Notes: generated by a model not told the origin, from the sequence alone. DNA of 64,000 nt from Lepidodermella squamata (GCA_047495785.1 JBLDXI010000015.1:1364001-1428000), one strand, 5' to 3'. Positions 44,997-59,900 are shown, numbered from the stretch's first letter. Made by a program: numbers and translations.

Positions 44997-47847
44997 ATGG
45001 GAGATACCAACACGTTTTCTGAGACTGAGCTTATGATGTCATCTATAGACCCTACTTCTGCCATCGAACCTCCTATAAATGAAACTCAGGAAGCTGTTGT
45101 AGGAGATGGCGATGTGCAAATACCTGATGAAACAGTACCTGCTGCAGTAACTGAAAATGCCAACCTCCCAGACTTGGAATCCTTTGTCGTGGCGAGTGAT
45201 GACGCTATAAAATTACTCAATTCAATCGACGTGTCTATTTGGCGGTATATTTCTTATACAGATCAGCTCTCAGTGCTCCATCAGAAGCCCCGCGAGCTTG
45301 AAGCGGGTTTGATGCCGGTCGGAAGTTACGCTTTGACAGTTGAACCAGTTTGGTACATGGATTGCGATTGCTACAAAGTAGTCGGTGAGCTCAAATACGA
45401 TCTCCCTGATGCTTCATCTCAATTCACTTTGACATCGTACGTAACTCCCAAGCTCCGCACGCTACATGAAGTTCGAAAGTTACTCTATCGTACAAAGCAG
45501 CAGGTGATTGAACGAAAATCTGAGTTGAAGATTTCCGAAGATGTGATTGGACTGACCAATTCCTCAGTATCATACAACATCAGCTACTCAAGCTTGCTTA
45601 CTACTCCTCAGGCATATATTGCCGGTAATCTCACCCCAGAAACTCGAAATACGCCGATGACTATGCCGCCCGGATTTCTCTCAGAAGGCGCTTCTATCAT
45701 GCTAGATCGAATGCTGGTGCGACGTTTAATGAATAAATCTATTTCATCTGAGCTTCTCAGCAAATTGACATTCGTAGTCATAGCTCCGACGACTGATGGA
45801 ACTGACGATGTGATTAAACCCCCGCAATCTGGCCCACCTATGCCGTCTTTTCTCGCGTTATTAGAACCACCTAAACCCCCGACGAAAAAGTTCCTCTCGC
45901 TGGCATCTCTTGCTTATTCGCGCTTGCCAAGTCGAAGATTTTCGGTGACTGAATCTGAAAATTCGAAGGTTACCGTTGATTTGGAGCTCGTTGGGTTTGA
46001 GCGACTAGTATCCCCGCCTCAAAGTGATGTGTTACCTGTTGTAACGTATTCATATCATCTGGTCGATGGGCATATTGCCATTCATCTTCAAGCTGGCTGC
46101 CCTGTTCAGCTGCAAATTGTCAATGCCCCACTTATTGTCCCTGAAGATCAATTCCTAGACGTGCCAACTATTCCTCGGAAGGAGTTAGATTGGGAAAACG
46201 ATGCTCAATTGCGTGCGGTTTTCGGTGAAAGAACTGATGAGCTGAAGAATGAATTTCAGAGTAAGTTTTAATCCTGTTATGACATATGGCTAACTGCGTT
46301 GTTAAGCTGTCCATTTAAAATTCCAGCGCTTATTTATCGTCTAAATTTCTCTTATGATAAGACCTGTCTGCTTTTAAACAGAAAATGAGATAGGCACGTA
46401 GACAGAGACACTGTTTATTTATGATAATTTGGCGCAATTTTAAATCTAAAGGCAATGCACTGTTCCAGTATTTTGTTGATGTTTTAGATTAGGCGGGTTA
46501 ATTATAAACAAAGATGATATCGCAGCCATGTAAATTTCTAACCCCATGTACAATGCCCAACAAAAAATTTTACAAATTTCTAGCTATCTATATTAGCGCT
46601 TTTTATTAAAATTATTCAAGTAGATATTTAAATGATGTTAAAGTTAAAAAAAGAATAGGAAAACCTTATTGAAAGGGGCTCAACATTCGTTACATTGTTA
46701 ATTTTTCCGGATTCACTGAAACGCGGGAATTCAAATATTTTAATAAATGGCACTCGGACGTGTTTGTCAATTCTCTAAGTTTATTAGGTGTTTATTTATA
46801 GTGGAATCACTTTTCGCCCGTTGTCGTCAATACTGAGGGAGCTGGAAAAAATTCATGATTTGAGAAAAATCTTCACTGGTTTGCATTTTGATTTCGGTCT
46901 TAGGGCTAATTTTCGAAATTCGATTTCGCCTCAATTGAATCTGACACCGGAACGGAAAAATTTGTCCCTGCGAAATATTATATTCGAGATTAATCAGCTC
47001 ATAAAAATCCAGATTACACAGAACTTCAATGATTGAAGTTTTACATCACGGGAGTCGTAAATGTTGTTCTCTAGTAGAGTTCCCGCTCAATTCAACCACC
47101 GAAATCATTCAAAAATGCATATATCACCGAGAATAATTTTTTTCTTGTGGAACGCGGGAAATTTAGATGATTTGGCTCTTGCGACTTGGGGTAAACCATT
47201 ATCCATGTCGCAATCGTAAACTGGCAAAAATTTTTAGCGAAAACCGAAGCCTGGCTTTCAAGGGGTCCAATTTTAATTTGTTTACTATCATTTTTTACCC
47301 AAATCGCTGCCTCAAATTGTTACCAATCAAGGCCGGACCTAAACGTAAACTGGCCTTTATTCTGACCGTTTATAAGGGCGCTCTTTACTCTCTAGACATT
47401 GATACTTTATGTATCAATTGACCTACTGAACTATCTGGTGATCGTTCGTTTTATTGAGCCGGAATGACCCCTTTTACGTCATTTTTTTGTTAGAAATGTC
47501 CTGATATATCTTGACACGTTATTTGCTCTCAGAGATAACGCTCGTGTCATAGTGGGCTCACCTTGATAACAATGAATGTTTACTCAGGTTCTAGTAATAA
47601 TGCTACCAAATAGTACCTGGCGGGCTTCCTATGTGATATCTTGCTATTACTGGCCTTATTAACGCGGACCCTATTGTATTGTCTGACAGGTTTCATCCGC
47701 CACAAGCCGGAACTGCGCGCCCTGCTCGCTGATTTTTTACAGGCGCTGCTGTTGCGCAAACCCGACAATGTCATAGCCTTCGCGGCGCAGTACTTCTCCG
47801 CATTCGGCTCCATGCGGCCGCTGTCGTCGGAGGTCGCCTCAGGCTGA
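44997..47847 (+). CDS. CATIP: Ciliogenesis-associated TTC17-interacting protein (C2orf62-like)
   Basis: GFLSEGASIML.R, and KELDWENDAQL...F..R.DELK.EFQ|SFIRHKPELRALLADFLQALLLRKPDNVIAFAAQYF (C-terminal RIIa-like docking domain) across intron 46261-47689. A further 45-nt in-frame intron at 45567-45611 is possible. Confidence 0.8.
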
Positions 47848-49012
47848 CGGATAAACAAGGCTACTCAGCGACCTAACCATTGCAACGGCTACTACCGAAA
47901 AAACACACCTGTTGACTTTGACGTATGAATGGGCCCTATAAATAGCATATACGTACGTTACCTGTATCAGGACAATGTATAGGAAGAGGGAAAGGCGAAA
48001 AAACAAATCTCTTCACAACTATATTATGTTATTTTTCCATCGCCTATACGTGCCAGCTAATAGAGTTTTTAGTTGCGTGCATGAATCATGCGTTTTTTCT
48101 CTCTAAAATGCCTTACCAATTAATCTCACTAATACTGAAAAATCTGTGATGACTGTTTTGTGATAATTTTTATTTACTGAATATTTGTTTGCCAGAAATA
48201 ATGTCTTGGAGCGCAAATGTTATTTGCATTTTATTGTTGAATCATTAATAAAATAATTTTTAGAATTTTCCTAGAATGAAGCGAAAAATGGAAAATACCC
48301 AGCTTGCTCAATCTTTATATACTTGGGGTAGCCTCTTCATTTTAGGCGATAAGCCCCTCTGAAATCAAATTTTTTTTGAAAATATACCTTAGCGTAATTC
48401 TTTCTACTTCATTAGCATTTTTTGTACATTTTAGGCTGATTTTTGTATTAATACGAGGAAAAAGTAAGAATATTTGCCATTTTCAAATGTTTTATAATTT
48501 TCGCCTCAAATTCCCTTTAGATTAAGCCAAAAAATGTTGATCGACTTTTAGACCTATTGAAAATTAAGTTGAACTTTCATTATATTAGGAAAAGGAGTTG
48601 AGAAATTGTAATTTTTGTGTGTTTATTGAATTCAGTAGGCGAAAATATTCACTTTTTCTCATTCAAGTGGAAAAAATTTCCAATTTCCAAATTCCGAGTC
48701 AAATTGATAGCGGAGTTTCATCCTAAAATCGATGTTTTGAATTGGGTTGGTAACATCACCTAGTTTTTTTTTTAATCCGATAATTTTCTCAAAAATCTTG
48801 AATTGTTGCGTGTTGTCAAATTGTCACGATACAAAGCGGATCAAAATCGGTCAAATAATCAATTGGGTTAATTTTAAAATTGTGTCACTAATCAAAATCG
48901 AGTTTTTTTAATATGGAATTTTTCATTTTTCCGCGACTCCATACATTTGTATTGTGTATTTTAGACACGATTTTTACACATTTTTTTACATCTTAATACT
49001 GGCGAATAAGAC

Positions 49013-52000
49013 ATGAAGATACCTGTTCACAATCGCCGAAATTTGTTGGCAATTTTACTACTAACAACTTGTTGCTCGGCTACTATTTCACTCGCTCAGC
49101 AATGCGTGTGGTACGACAACTGCATGACAACGCTGAAGGGCACGCAGCCGTGTCCGTACAACGGCCCGGCCAAGCCGCTAACCGACCCGGAAGCGATTGA
49201 ATTCCTGCAATCAACATGCCCACTGCTGTTCCCGCCCACGGCCGACGGCTCGTCGACTGGCGTCAACACGTGCTGCTCGAATCAACAAGCGATAACGCTG
49301 AAAACGAGCCTGCAGCCTATGCAGACGTTTTTCTCGCGATGTCCGATATGCTACGCCAATCTAGTGCACATGTTTTGTGCGTTCACGTGCGCGCCCGACC
49401 AGTCACGTTTCATGGGTGACATTGTTACGGCGGAGAAGGATAACGTGACGTATGTTAATGCGGTTGGCATTTTGAATGTCAGTCTCGCGGTTGGCGATGG
49501 CATGTGGGATTCTTGCGTCAACGTTCAATATCCGCAGGTAAGAAAATAATTTAAAAAATTCCGACGAAATTGGACCATTTTGGCAGTAAAATGAAGCATA
49601 AATTTGGGACTTCAGACACAAAAAAGCAAAAAGAAAAGAAAAATTTAGAAATCGAGACAAATTCAAACGAAGTCATAATTTGAGGGTAGTATTGAAATAT
49701 ACCACAAAAATAAGAAAGAATAGTCGCGCTCAGTAAGAAAATGTAAGATGAATCGTTCAGAATAGCGCAAGCTAATTTTGGATAGGGTTACTTTGGACGC
49801 CTTCGGGCTTCACATGTAATTCTTAGGGTATAACCTTGAAACTTCGGCTTTGTTCGCCTTGGTGCAGAAAAAGTTGCAAACAGTGAGACTTTTGATGTCA
49901 GTTTGGTTGTAAGATTTTTTGTGTGAGCAAATATGTTTCGGATTTTTCAAATTTGGCTATGGGCTCTCACCTTTACGCTCTTAGATTGAAGGGAAATCTT
50001 GATTCTGTCTGTGAGTATAAGGTAGTGGCTTTAAGTTCAGGCTTGAAATCGGGTAATTTTTTACTATAAATATTCGACTAAAAAGAATTTCATTTCTGCA
50101 AAATTTGGCTCAACTTTACTCTGACAGGCCGATTTTGCAAATTTAGGTGAACACATTTTAAATGCGAAAAATCGGGTAAACATACAGAAATTCTCCAAAT
50201 TGTAAGAAAAATCAGGAACAATCTTCCTCACCTTAATTTTAATTTTCTTATTTTTTCAGTAAAATTGCAAATTTAAAACTTTGAAAAAACTGTTTTGTTA
50301 CAATTTGTCTTGCTTCTCGAATTTTTGTAATTATTTTAAGCGGAATATATTTTAGCGGAACCAAATTCGAAATATGCCAAGAGTCACTTTTTGAATATTT
50401 CTACGAATTTTGGGCTAAGCATGAATTCTGAATTAAACACTCCGCCATATAGAGAATTTTGCGCTGAATTCACTGAATTCAATTTTATAGAATTATTGTG
50501 GCCAATCTTGACCTGCAATAAATATCCGAAAATCGATTTCAGGCCACTAGAAAAGTCTAAAATTTGGTTCCGCAAAAAGCAAATTAGGTTCCGCTTACAA
50601 GAGGAGCCTTATTTTAAATATTTTTTTTCTCGAACTTGATTTTTTGTTTATAATATGGTTTGGTTATTTGTTGAAAAATTCATAAAATTTGTTTTATTTC
50701 AGGTCAATAAACCTGTAATGAACGTGCTGTTGAACGACAACCCAACCCTAATGGCCTTCCTAAACTTCCTCGGCAACCCAGACAGCCAATACGTCCCATT
50801 CGGCATGAATTTCTCCCTGGTCGACAACGCATCCTATGGCATCTACTACAAGACTTCGAAATGCAACGAAACCAACCCGCAGGCGTGCAGCTGCTCCGAC
50901 TGCCCAACCGCCTGTAAAGCACCCTGGGTCCCTCCCCCGCCCCCACCCGGTCAGTGCCTCGTCTTCGGCAAAATCGACTGCTTCCTGTTCTACTCGAACG
51001 TCGTCGCAGTCGGCGTAGCACTGCTAATCCTCGTCACCTCAGTCGCTTGGGCGTCGATTAAAGGCCCACGCCGGCAACAGCAGTACACAATTGAGGAAGA
51101 AACCGTCCAGCCAAATGCAGAATCGCCCGAGATCAACACGGTTTCACCGTCTGATTTGACGTGGCGTGAAGTCTACGAGCTGAAATTGAGCTCAGCTTTC
51201 CATTTTTGGGGCGTAGTCTGCTGTGCCCACCCGATTAAAATCATGCTAGCCGGGTTTCTGGTCGCAATCGGCCTATCCTGCGGCCTTTTCATGCCGAATT
51301 TGCAGCCGATAACGAACCCTGTTGATCTATGGTCGGCGCCCGGGTCGACCGAACGCCTGCACAAGGACTATTTCGACGAGCATTTCGGGCCGTTTTACCG
51401 CACCGAGCAAATCATCATTCGGCCGGTGAATGTAGGACCTGTTGATTTCACGGACTGCAATACGTTTCAAACGAAAACGCTGTCGCCCGTGTTCAACTAC
51501 ACGTTCTTGTTGCGCGTCTACAACATGGTGCAGGGCATTCAGAAGTTGACGGCCGTTTATCAGGGCAAGAATGTGACCATCAATGACATTTGCCTGCAGC
51601 CGTTGTCGCCGGATAACACCAACTGTTCGATTATGCATCCGCTGCAGTATTTCCAGAATGATTTGGCGAATTTCGACAAAGACTGCTTCCCGGCTCACAT
51701 TTTGAACTGCGCTGAAACTCCGGCATCGGTAAATTTTCATGATTATTTTTCGTATGGTTTGTAGAGAATTTTTAGATTTTCAAAATAATCCGAAAATTTT
51801 GTAAATTTTAATTTTCGAGTTCACTCCAGTTTTTAAATATTTCCAGGTTTTCCATGTTCTAAATTTAAAAAGTCCCCTCAAACTCGATGCTAAAATTTTA
51901 ATTCCTATAATTTGAAATAATTTGAAAGTTTGAATTTTTGTGGCCAAGCCGCACAAATACTCACTTATCAGCTTTTCATTCAAAAAGTTTGAAGTGTACC

Positions 52001-55000
52001 GAGTGAAACCCGGAAAAAACCGGAAAAACCGGAAAAACCCGGAAAAAAACAAGTCACGCAGTCCAGCAAAAATATAGCGTCTTCCGGCTCTAGATTTGGT
52101 CCTTCTGGTTCTTTTCTAAATTTTTTTCAAACGTGGAAAGCGGGCGGATTACCAGAGCAATTCTGAGGTCTCATTAAGGAAATTTCTTCGAATCTCAATT
52201 TTTTAATTTCGAAAATGAATAATCAATTCTGAAGAATCAATGAAGCTCTGCTGATTTGAGCTAATTCGAGGAATCCAGCTTAATTCCTACAATTTTTAGG
52301 GAATTGAATTTTACGCGCCTCATCCACCTTAAAACTAATTTTTAATAATGTTGCCTTGAGGGGGAGGGACTTTCAATACCCTCGGAAGTTTTTTTTAAGT
52401 TATTACCAACCTTCACCTATGAAGTAAATTTTCAAAATAAATGGCCGGTAATTGCCGTAATTTTCCTCTACATTATTAAGATTTTAATTATTTTGATAAA
52501 AAATTCTAATATTTGAACAAATTCGCCACAAATGTTGAAATGTTTAAAATTGATTTTCTGAATTATTTATTGAAATTTTCGAGGTAATTCCTAATTTTCC
52601 ATTCTCTAAAATAATATTGTGTTGTTCAAATTTCAGCCGCAAGATACTGGATACAGCCCGAATATTCCATGCTGGGGCGATTTCGGCGGGCCTGTTTTCC
52701 CATGGCTCATCTACGGCGGCTTCCAAGTGACGCTCGACTACCAAAACCACACGCAGAACGACTACACGACCAGCCAAGCCGTCATCGTCACCGCGCCGGT
52801 CGTCAACCAGAAAACCGACGCCGAAAACGGCAAATCGTTCGCATGGGAAACCGTGTTCATCAACTACATGAAACAATTCGCGATAGACAACGCCGACCTA
52901 CTGGACATTGCCTTCTCAGCCGAACGCTCGATCCAGGACGAAATCGACCGAGAATCGAACGCGCAAATGGCCGTCATCGCCATTTCCTACACGGCCATGT
53001 TCGTCTACATCGCCATAGCCCTAGGCCAGTACCGCAACAAAAGCTGGCGCCAAGTGCTGGTCAGCGCCAAAATCACAGTAGGAATCGCCGGGGTGCTGAT
53101 CGTACTCCTATCAGTCACGGCTTCGCTAGGATTCTGGGCCTTTGTCGGAATCCCGCCTACCCTAATCATTCTAGAGGTCGTGCCGTTCTTAGTCCTAGCA
53201 ATCGGGGTCGATAATATTTTCCTATTGGTCCAATCTTACCAACGCGTTAAGGAGCACAGCTTGAACCAGGACGACGTAGTCGGAAATATCGCGCTGGTCG
53301 TGTCCGAAATTGGGCCATCGATGATGTTGGCCAGTCTGTCCGAGTCTGTTGCGTTTTTCATCGCCGCCCTGTCAACCATGCCGGCCGTTCGCATTTTCGC
53401 GCTCTACGCCGGCATGGCGCTCGTCGTCAATTTCTTCCTGCAAATCTCCACCTTTGTCGCGCTGATGTACCTCGACGCGGTTCGAATGCGCGATTCACGC
53501 CCGGATATTGTTTACTGCGTGCGGCTGGAAGAGCCGAAGACAATGCCGATTGATAAGCAGCGCGAGGAAGAGCTGGACCCGACGCGAAATGACGGCTATC
53601 TATTCTGGTTTTTCCAGCAAATCTACGTGCCAATTATGAGCATTTTCGCGGTTCGAGTCGGCGTTATCATTGTTTTCGTGTTCGCAACTGCCCTATCAAT
53701 CGCGTCGATTTCGCATATGGAAGTCGGGCTGGACCAAAAGCTGTCAATGCCGCATGATTCCTATGTCATTAAGTACTTCACCTACCTTCAGGATTATTTT
53801 GCCGTCGGCGCTCCGGTGTATTTTGTCGTTAAATCGCCGTACAACTACTCTGCCCCGCCGCGGCAGGATTTGTTGTGTTCGTCGACGGGTTGTTCTGAGT
53901 TTTCGTTGGTTAACGAACTGACGGCGCGAGCCGCCTTCCCCAATGTGACGTATATTGCGCAGCCGCCGTCGTCGTGGTTGGATGACTACATCAGTTGGCT
54001 GCACCCTATGTCCGGCTGCTGTGCCTATTCGCAGTCGAAACAGGCGTTTTGCCCGCAGAATGACCGCGGCAATGGCACTGATTGCAAGCCATGCGCTTCG
54101 AAGTAAGTTGAAAAATAATGATATTTTTTTTTAAATTTCTTATTTTATTTTCGGCTAAATTTTTTAAATTTATGAAAATTTCCAGCCATTTAGAAAAAAA
54201 ATCAGAAGAAATTTGATTGAACCGGGTAAAATACCGAAAATTACCGAACTACTTAACATTGGGTTTTTACGGTAAATTCAAAGTCTCTTCAGTGAAATCG
54301 GGTATGAAGGGTGGGTTTGGAAAATCGGATAGACAAAACGGCGGAATTGACCGAAGAAATTAGAAAAAGGTTGCGCGACTCATGGGACACTCTGTAACTT
54401 TCCCTTGTATCGTTCACTTTTTATTAGAAATTTTTAACTTCAAAAATCAAAGAAATTAAAATATGCTGAGGTGAAAATTGAGAAAAATTGAAGAACATTT
54501 ATTTTTCCTTTCCTTTCATTGTAATTCTAAATCTAAATTTCTTGTTGCTTTCTATATTAGCTACATCGATTTCCGACCATCGCCAGACGATTTCAACAAA
54601 TTTCTGCCCTACTTCCTGCTCGACAACCCCGGCGTAAAGTGCAACAAAGGCGGCCACGCGCTGTACAACACGGCTGTTGAAATGGTTGGCAAGACGAATC
54701 AGACGAAACGGGCTGGGGCGACGTACTTCCAGGCCTACCACAGCGTCCTAGTAACATCGGACGATTTTACGAACGCGCTGCGATGGGCGCGTGAATATTC
54801 GGCCAACTTCTCGAAAACCCTCGGCAATGGAACTGAAGTTTTTGCCTACAGTGTTTTCTAGTAAGCTTTTTATTAACTTGAAAATTTCCCTAATTGAATT
54901 TTTCAGAAGTTGATTTTCAATTGAAATTATTAAAATTAAATTTATCAAATTTTTTAAGATGGATTTTTTAAATTAACAAAAATGAGGATTTGAAATTTTT

Positions 55001-55888
55001 GAACTTTTGAACTTTGATTTTTCAATCTTTTGAAAATTTCATTTTTAATCTTTTTTCAATTTTTTTAATAAATTTTTCCAGCGTGTTTTATGAGCAATAT
55101 CTCGACATCGTGAAGCAATCGGCCATCCAACTTGCAATCTGCTCAGCCGCTGTTTTCGTCATTGTTTTCCTGCTAATCGGTCTCGATTTCATCGCTTCGT
55201 TGTTCGTTCTCGTCACCGTCCTGCTTATCCTAACCACAATGGGCGGCGTCATGTACGCCTGGTCAATCACCCTTAACGCTGTTTCACTCGTCAACCTAGT
55301 CGCATGTCTCGGCATTTCAGTCGAATTTTGCGTTCACATCGTCCGCAAATTCGTGCTAAGTCAAGCCAGCTCGCGTCGTGATCGAATGATCGACTCGCTG
55401 ACCCATATCGGCTCGTCTGTACTATCTGGTATCACCTTCACTAAAACTATTGGCGTTGTCGTACTCGCTTTTTCGTCAGCTGACATCTTCAAGGTAAGAA
55501 GATTTTTTCGCAATTTTTCATGAATTTTCGTAAATTATGTTAAGATGAATATTTTCAGAATTTTTACATTTTTAATTTCATTTGTAAAATTCTTGTAAAA
55601 TTCTGTAAAATATGTTTTCCCTTGAATTTTTTTTTTTAATTTTTTAATTTAATTTCTCTAATTATGATTTTTTTACTGTAGGTCTTCTATTTCCGCATGT
55701 TCCTGACTATTGTGCTAGCTGGTGCCGCTTACGGCCTAATTTTTCTACCCGCCGTGCTAAGTTTCATCGGCCCACCCTCGCGGAAGGTCCGGGGTCGGCC
55801 AACCATGAACGGCGCCATGGCCGAACGAGTCGGCACTGCGGATTCGACCTCGACAAACGCGTCGACGCAACGATTCATCAAGCAATAG
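49013..55888 (+). CDS. NPC1: Niemann-Pick C1-type intracellular cholesterol transporter (6 exons)
   Basis: Signal peptide, Cys-rich NTD, Pro-rich linker, TNPVDLWS, YFDEHFGPFYRTEQ, AERSIQDEIDRES, sterol-sensing domain EVVPFLVLAIGVDNIF, GLDQKLSMPHDSY, PSSWLDDY, C.KGGHA, VFYEQY, LNAVSLVNLV, GISVEFC.H, GSSVLSGITFTK, GLIFLP. Exons approximately 49013-49537, 50703-51728, 52637-54102, 54561-~54852, 55082-55493, 55682-55888. Confidence 0.95.
54221..54396. repeat. Partial copy of the MITE found in the SHMT intron
   Basis: accgggtaaaataccgaaaattaccgaac resembles 31711-31740. The end gttgcgcgactcatgggacactctgTA resembles 31878-31903. Confidence 0.6.
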
Positions 55889-56990
55889 CGGCCTTATTTT
55901 AGAACAAAATTGACTCGTATTTCACTTTTTCTCACGCTCTGTTTTTCACGCGGCATTTTTTTGGAGATGAAAATTCCGCAAAATTGCTAAATTTTAACTA
56001 AAAAACTCGTATCTTTTATTACTGAAATTGAAAATCACGTGTGCTAAAGAAAATGTGCTGATAAATGAGCTTTCCACGCTTCGGAAAAATTGTAAAAATT
56101 GCAATCTAAAAAAAATATATTGAAAATACTGCTGACGTCGGCGGCGGATAAATCCCGGTTTTTTAATTGACGCGTAACTCGAATTGATGTATTATTCCAT
56201 GTTTTTCATCCACTTCCTTTTCAGACATTCATTTCTGAGCGCGAAAAAAATTGGCTTTAGTAGCCTATTGTTTTTTGACATGATGGATGGAACTCTTTAT
56301 TACATTATTATTCCGGACTTGTGACATTTGACAGCATTTGTATCGATGGCGCATCTATGGAATTATTGATATTATCATTATTATTATATTATGGACTGTT
56401 ATTATTGATGTTATTGCGTATATCGAAATTCCGAAGATCGTCTAATAAAAAGCCTTTTCGCTTTTCTAAGACTATGCGCGTCTTTTTCAACTAAAGAGAG
56501 GGCCATAACAGACTACCAATAGGGAGTTGAGGTCTGATGTCTAAATGGAGCGACTTTGGTACAGCAATTCTCGAAGGTGGCATAGACCCATCGAGTTGGG
56601 TATACCGTTCGAAAGCCCAAGACAAGACAAACTTACAATATAGACATCGATCCGTTTCATCACCTGATGAGCAATTATATTTTGGGGAAAATGAGCCTTT
56701 TTTAAGGTAGAACCTTCATAGCGGTTATTCAACGGCACCCCGCTGTTGCCAGCTCAGGCGCCCGATTTCTACAAACCAAGCTGCAGACGATGAAGTTTTC
56801 GACGCCTGAGCCCTCCAGGGAAAATGTTGAAAAATTACAACCTTCCACCTTAATAAAAATTAAAAAAAAACGATATCAAATGTTCGACATGTTTATTTAT
56901 TATATCCGCATTTCAAAATAAAACAAAATCGGTTTTCTTTGATAACTCAACAATGTATTTTCGTTCTATTTATCGTATTATATTTTTCAG

Positions 56991-59900
56991 CTATTCGAAA
57001 TAATGGGATGTTTCAGGATGTTTCGACAGGTAGCCGTTGTAGAAGTCGGCCGCTGACATTGGCTTCTTGAAGATGAGCCGGCGAATAGACACCCAGCCAC
57101 GCTAAAAAATTGACAAAAATTAACAAAAGTTCAATTTTGAAATTTTAAACAGTATTTTTGATACTTAGATACCCAAAAGAAAATTTAAGTCTCTGTGGGC
57201 ATATGGCATTTAAAAATATGCTTTTCTAAGTGCTCACGATCAGATCGCCTCTGATCGGGACAAGGTTCCACATCGAAGTGTGACTCGATAATGGCAGCGT
57301 ATCATTAAACACTGAGTAATCAGCTCAACATTGGCAAATGTTCACATCAAGTCATGATTTTCGATAAGCCTCATAGAATTTATTGTTCCCGGTTCTCTTA
57401 TATCTCGCTGTGCATCGGGAAGATCTATATATTTCGCTTAAAGCTGCTTTGTTTGATAGAAACTCAACTTACTGCTGAAAAGCGTAAGTATGAGATAGCT
57501 CGTGCGCAGTTGCTACGCCTGAAGAAATTCGCTCCAAATGGGCGGCACATTGGCCATTTGACTGCCGAGAAAGCTCAACTTCCGTTGGCGCAGTTGTCTC
57601 GGCAGAAAAGGTCTCTCAGGCATCGGAGTGAGTTAATTCGACCAATTCAGTCGGTATTCGATGATGTTCGAAGCCGGGGCGATTTCAGTGAAATCATTGT
57701 CTGTCCTAATGTGTCTCACATGTTGCTTCTATGATGCGCGACAATTCGTCTCGCTAACTCTCGGTGAAGGTTACCTTGCGCTAGTGCGCTACCTCCTGGT
57801 GCCAGATTACTCAGCGATAGTTCTTGGCTGAGGAGAAGAAGCTCGGTTCCATCCTGCCGATTAGCGTAGTTGTTTCGCCACAAAAGGTTGAAGAAGATGA
57901 GGACGAAGGGTTTAGCAACGCAGCGTTTATCCTGCCCAGCAAGCAGATGCCTTATCTGTTTCGAAACGGAATTGTTCCGCGATTTAACTCCAACACAGTC
58001 GTCTGCCGTGTTCAAGGTATCATTTATCATTACAATAGATGCCGACTTTTCATTGGCTAAAAAATCTTCGACGAGCCCTTTAAGCTTTCTCAACTGTCAG
58101 CCGCTGATGAGGCTCTACAACATCCATCTGGCTACTCTGGCGACTGGAGTCGAGGACGACGTAACCGGTGGGGCAGCGGTGATTTTCAGCGCCGACGATT
58201 CGGTGGAGCCGTTCGATTTTACCTGCGATGGTTATATGTAAACTGTGACCTGTGTTTGGCTCTTCGACTTGTTGTTTCAATAGTTCCTGCGTGTATTTAT
58301 ATGCTATTAGCGTGAAAAACGCCTGATTCTGAGTATAAAATGGCTTTCAATGTGCTTAAGTCTTCTTCTGAGACGATTGTCTCTTCGTCTGTGAAACCTG
58401 TTAATCAGCCGCTAAACCAGCGCAAGGCTATAATAATTTTTTGAGTTGCTCAGCCGTTACAGCCGAAGCAACCTTTAGCAATTCACGACATGGTTTCATA
58501 CTGCTTTTCGATTCCCGGTGTCTCCTCCATCACCAAGTCCACAGTCTTAAACTACGTATCATTCATAAATCCTGAATTCATGGACGAGTTTCCTGGGAAG
58601 AACGAGCGGCCTTTCTCACCGTGGCTCTAGGTGAATATCAAGAAACCGTTCTCGTGATTGCTGGCCAGTCAGGAAAAAAAGCGATGTGAAATGCCGTTCC
58701 CATGCGCTCTGATATTTTTCCGGACACTGCAGCTCTGCGCGATATAAAATCAGAAGTAGCTGAAATGCGGTCGCTGCTTGGGCAGCTTCAAGCCCTGGGA
58801 GTAACTCCTTAACTCAGTACCCACCTCGGCCTTATGCAGCGCGCGAGCGGCTCGGCCAAGGCAGCATCAGAAATGCTGAGAAACCTGATTTCAAATAACT
58901 TCACGTTATTACATATTCTCAAAGGAAAATGCAAAATGCGTCTAGTAACGGGAGCTTCATCATTACTTTTGGGACACATTGTACTTCCTCTGGACGCTTT
59001 GGCGGCCAGTGCCAACTAGCAGCTGCAAAATATTTACTACTAGTCGTATAAAAACCAACGGTACGACGACTGCTGGTTACATTATGGGGCTAATGTAGAC
59101 GACTTTCGAGGTTTTTCGTGCTTGCATATTTATCGAAAAACTTGGTCTAGACGGCGCAGAGGAGCAGTTGACCCGCTATTCAGATTAATCAGCGATGCAG
59201 CTTTTGCAATGGCTCTCCACGGAAAGTTGATTGCTGTGTTCCTAGATTTCAAGGCCGCCTTTGACACCGTATGACACACCGGCTGTGTACAGAAACTCAA
59301 GGAGTCTGGAGCTACCGAACCTTTTGTTCGCTGGGTCGCTAACTTTCTCGACAACAGATTTCCGGTGAAACAAAGTTCTACCAAACAAGCGAGGAAATTG
59401 ACTAATTGTCCTTCTTCAAGTCAAACCTTGTTGCGATTTGCTGGAAAATTCTACAAACCCAAAATTTCCCAAAATATTCACAGCCATTACTCTTGTGGGG
59501 GCAGGTGACTAAAATATGTGATTTGTATTGCTTTGGCCTTCTTCAAAACTCGAAAGTGTACAAAAGATCCGTCGAGGTGAAGAGAAATTCCAATTTCAAT
59601 AATTTCAAATTTTCATATTCATTTCGCCCGCCCTTATGTTCTGAATTTTATTTTATAATTTCACTGATTTTCTAGACCCGAAATATCATGTTTTTTTGGC
59701 CGAAATGAGGGTTCTTAAAATCATACCTGAGTTTGAACGAGAAGTCGATCGCGGTGTTTCGCGTCGTAGACAATGCGACCCGGCCTGTGCAGTTGAGCAG
59801 CGTTGAGGGCGTCGCCGATTTCCAGCGCTGGCGCCAGATCGATGGCGATGAGGCGTATCGAATGGCCGTCGTAGGACGTTCGCAGTTGCCCGGTCACGTT

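Noticed and set aside
50704-54004. Antisense and alternate-frame ORFs overlapping NPC1 exons (likewise over SHMT, P4H and RepHel)
   Set aside because: Shadows of codon bias in real exons; no independent protein features.
56660-56700. Hammerhead-like CTGATGAG...GAAA
   Set aside because: Stem II and the flanking stems do not pair.
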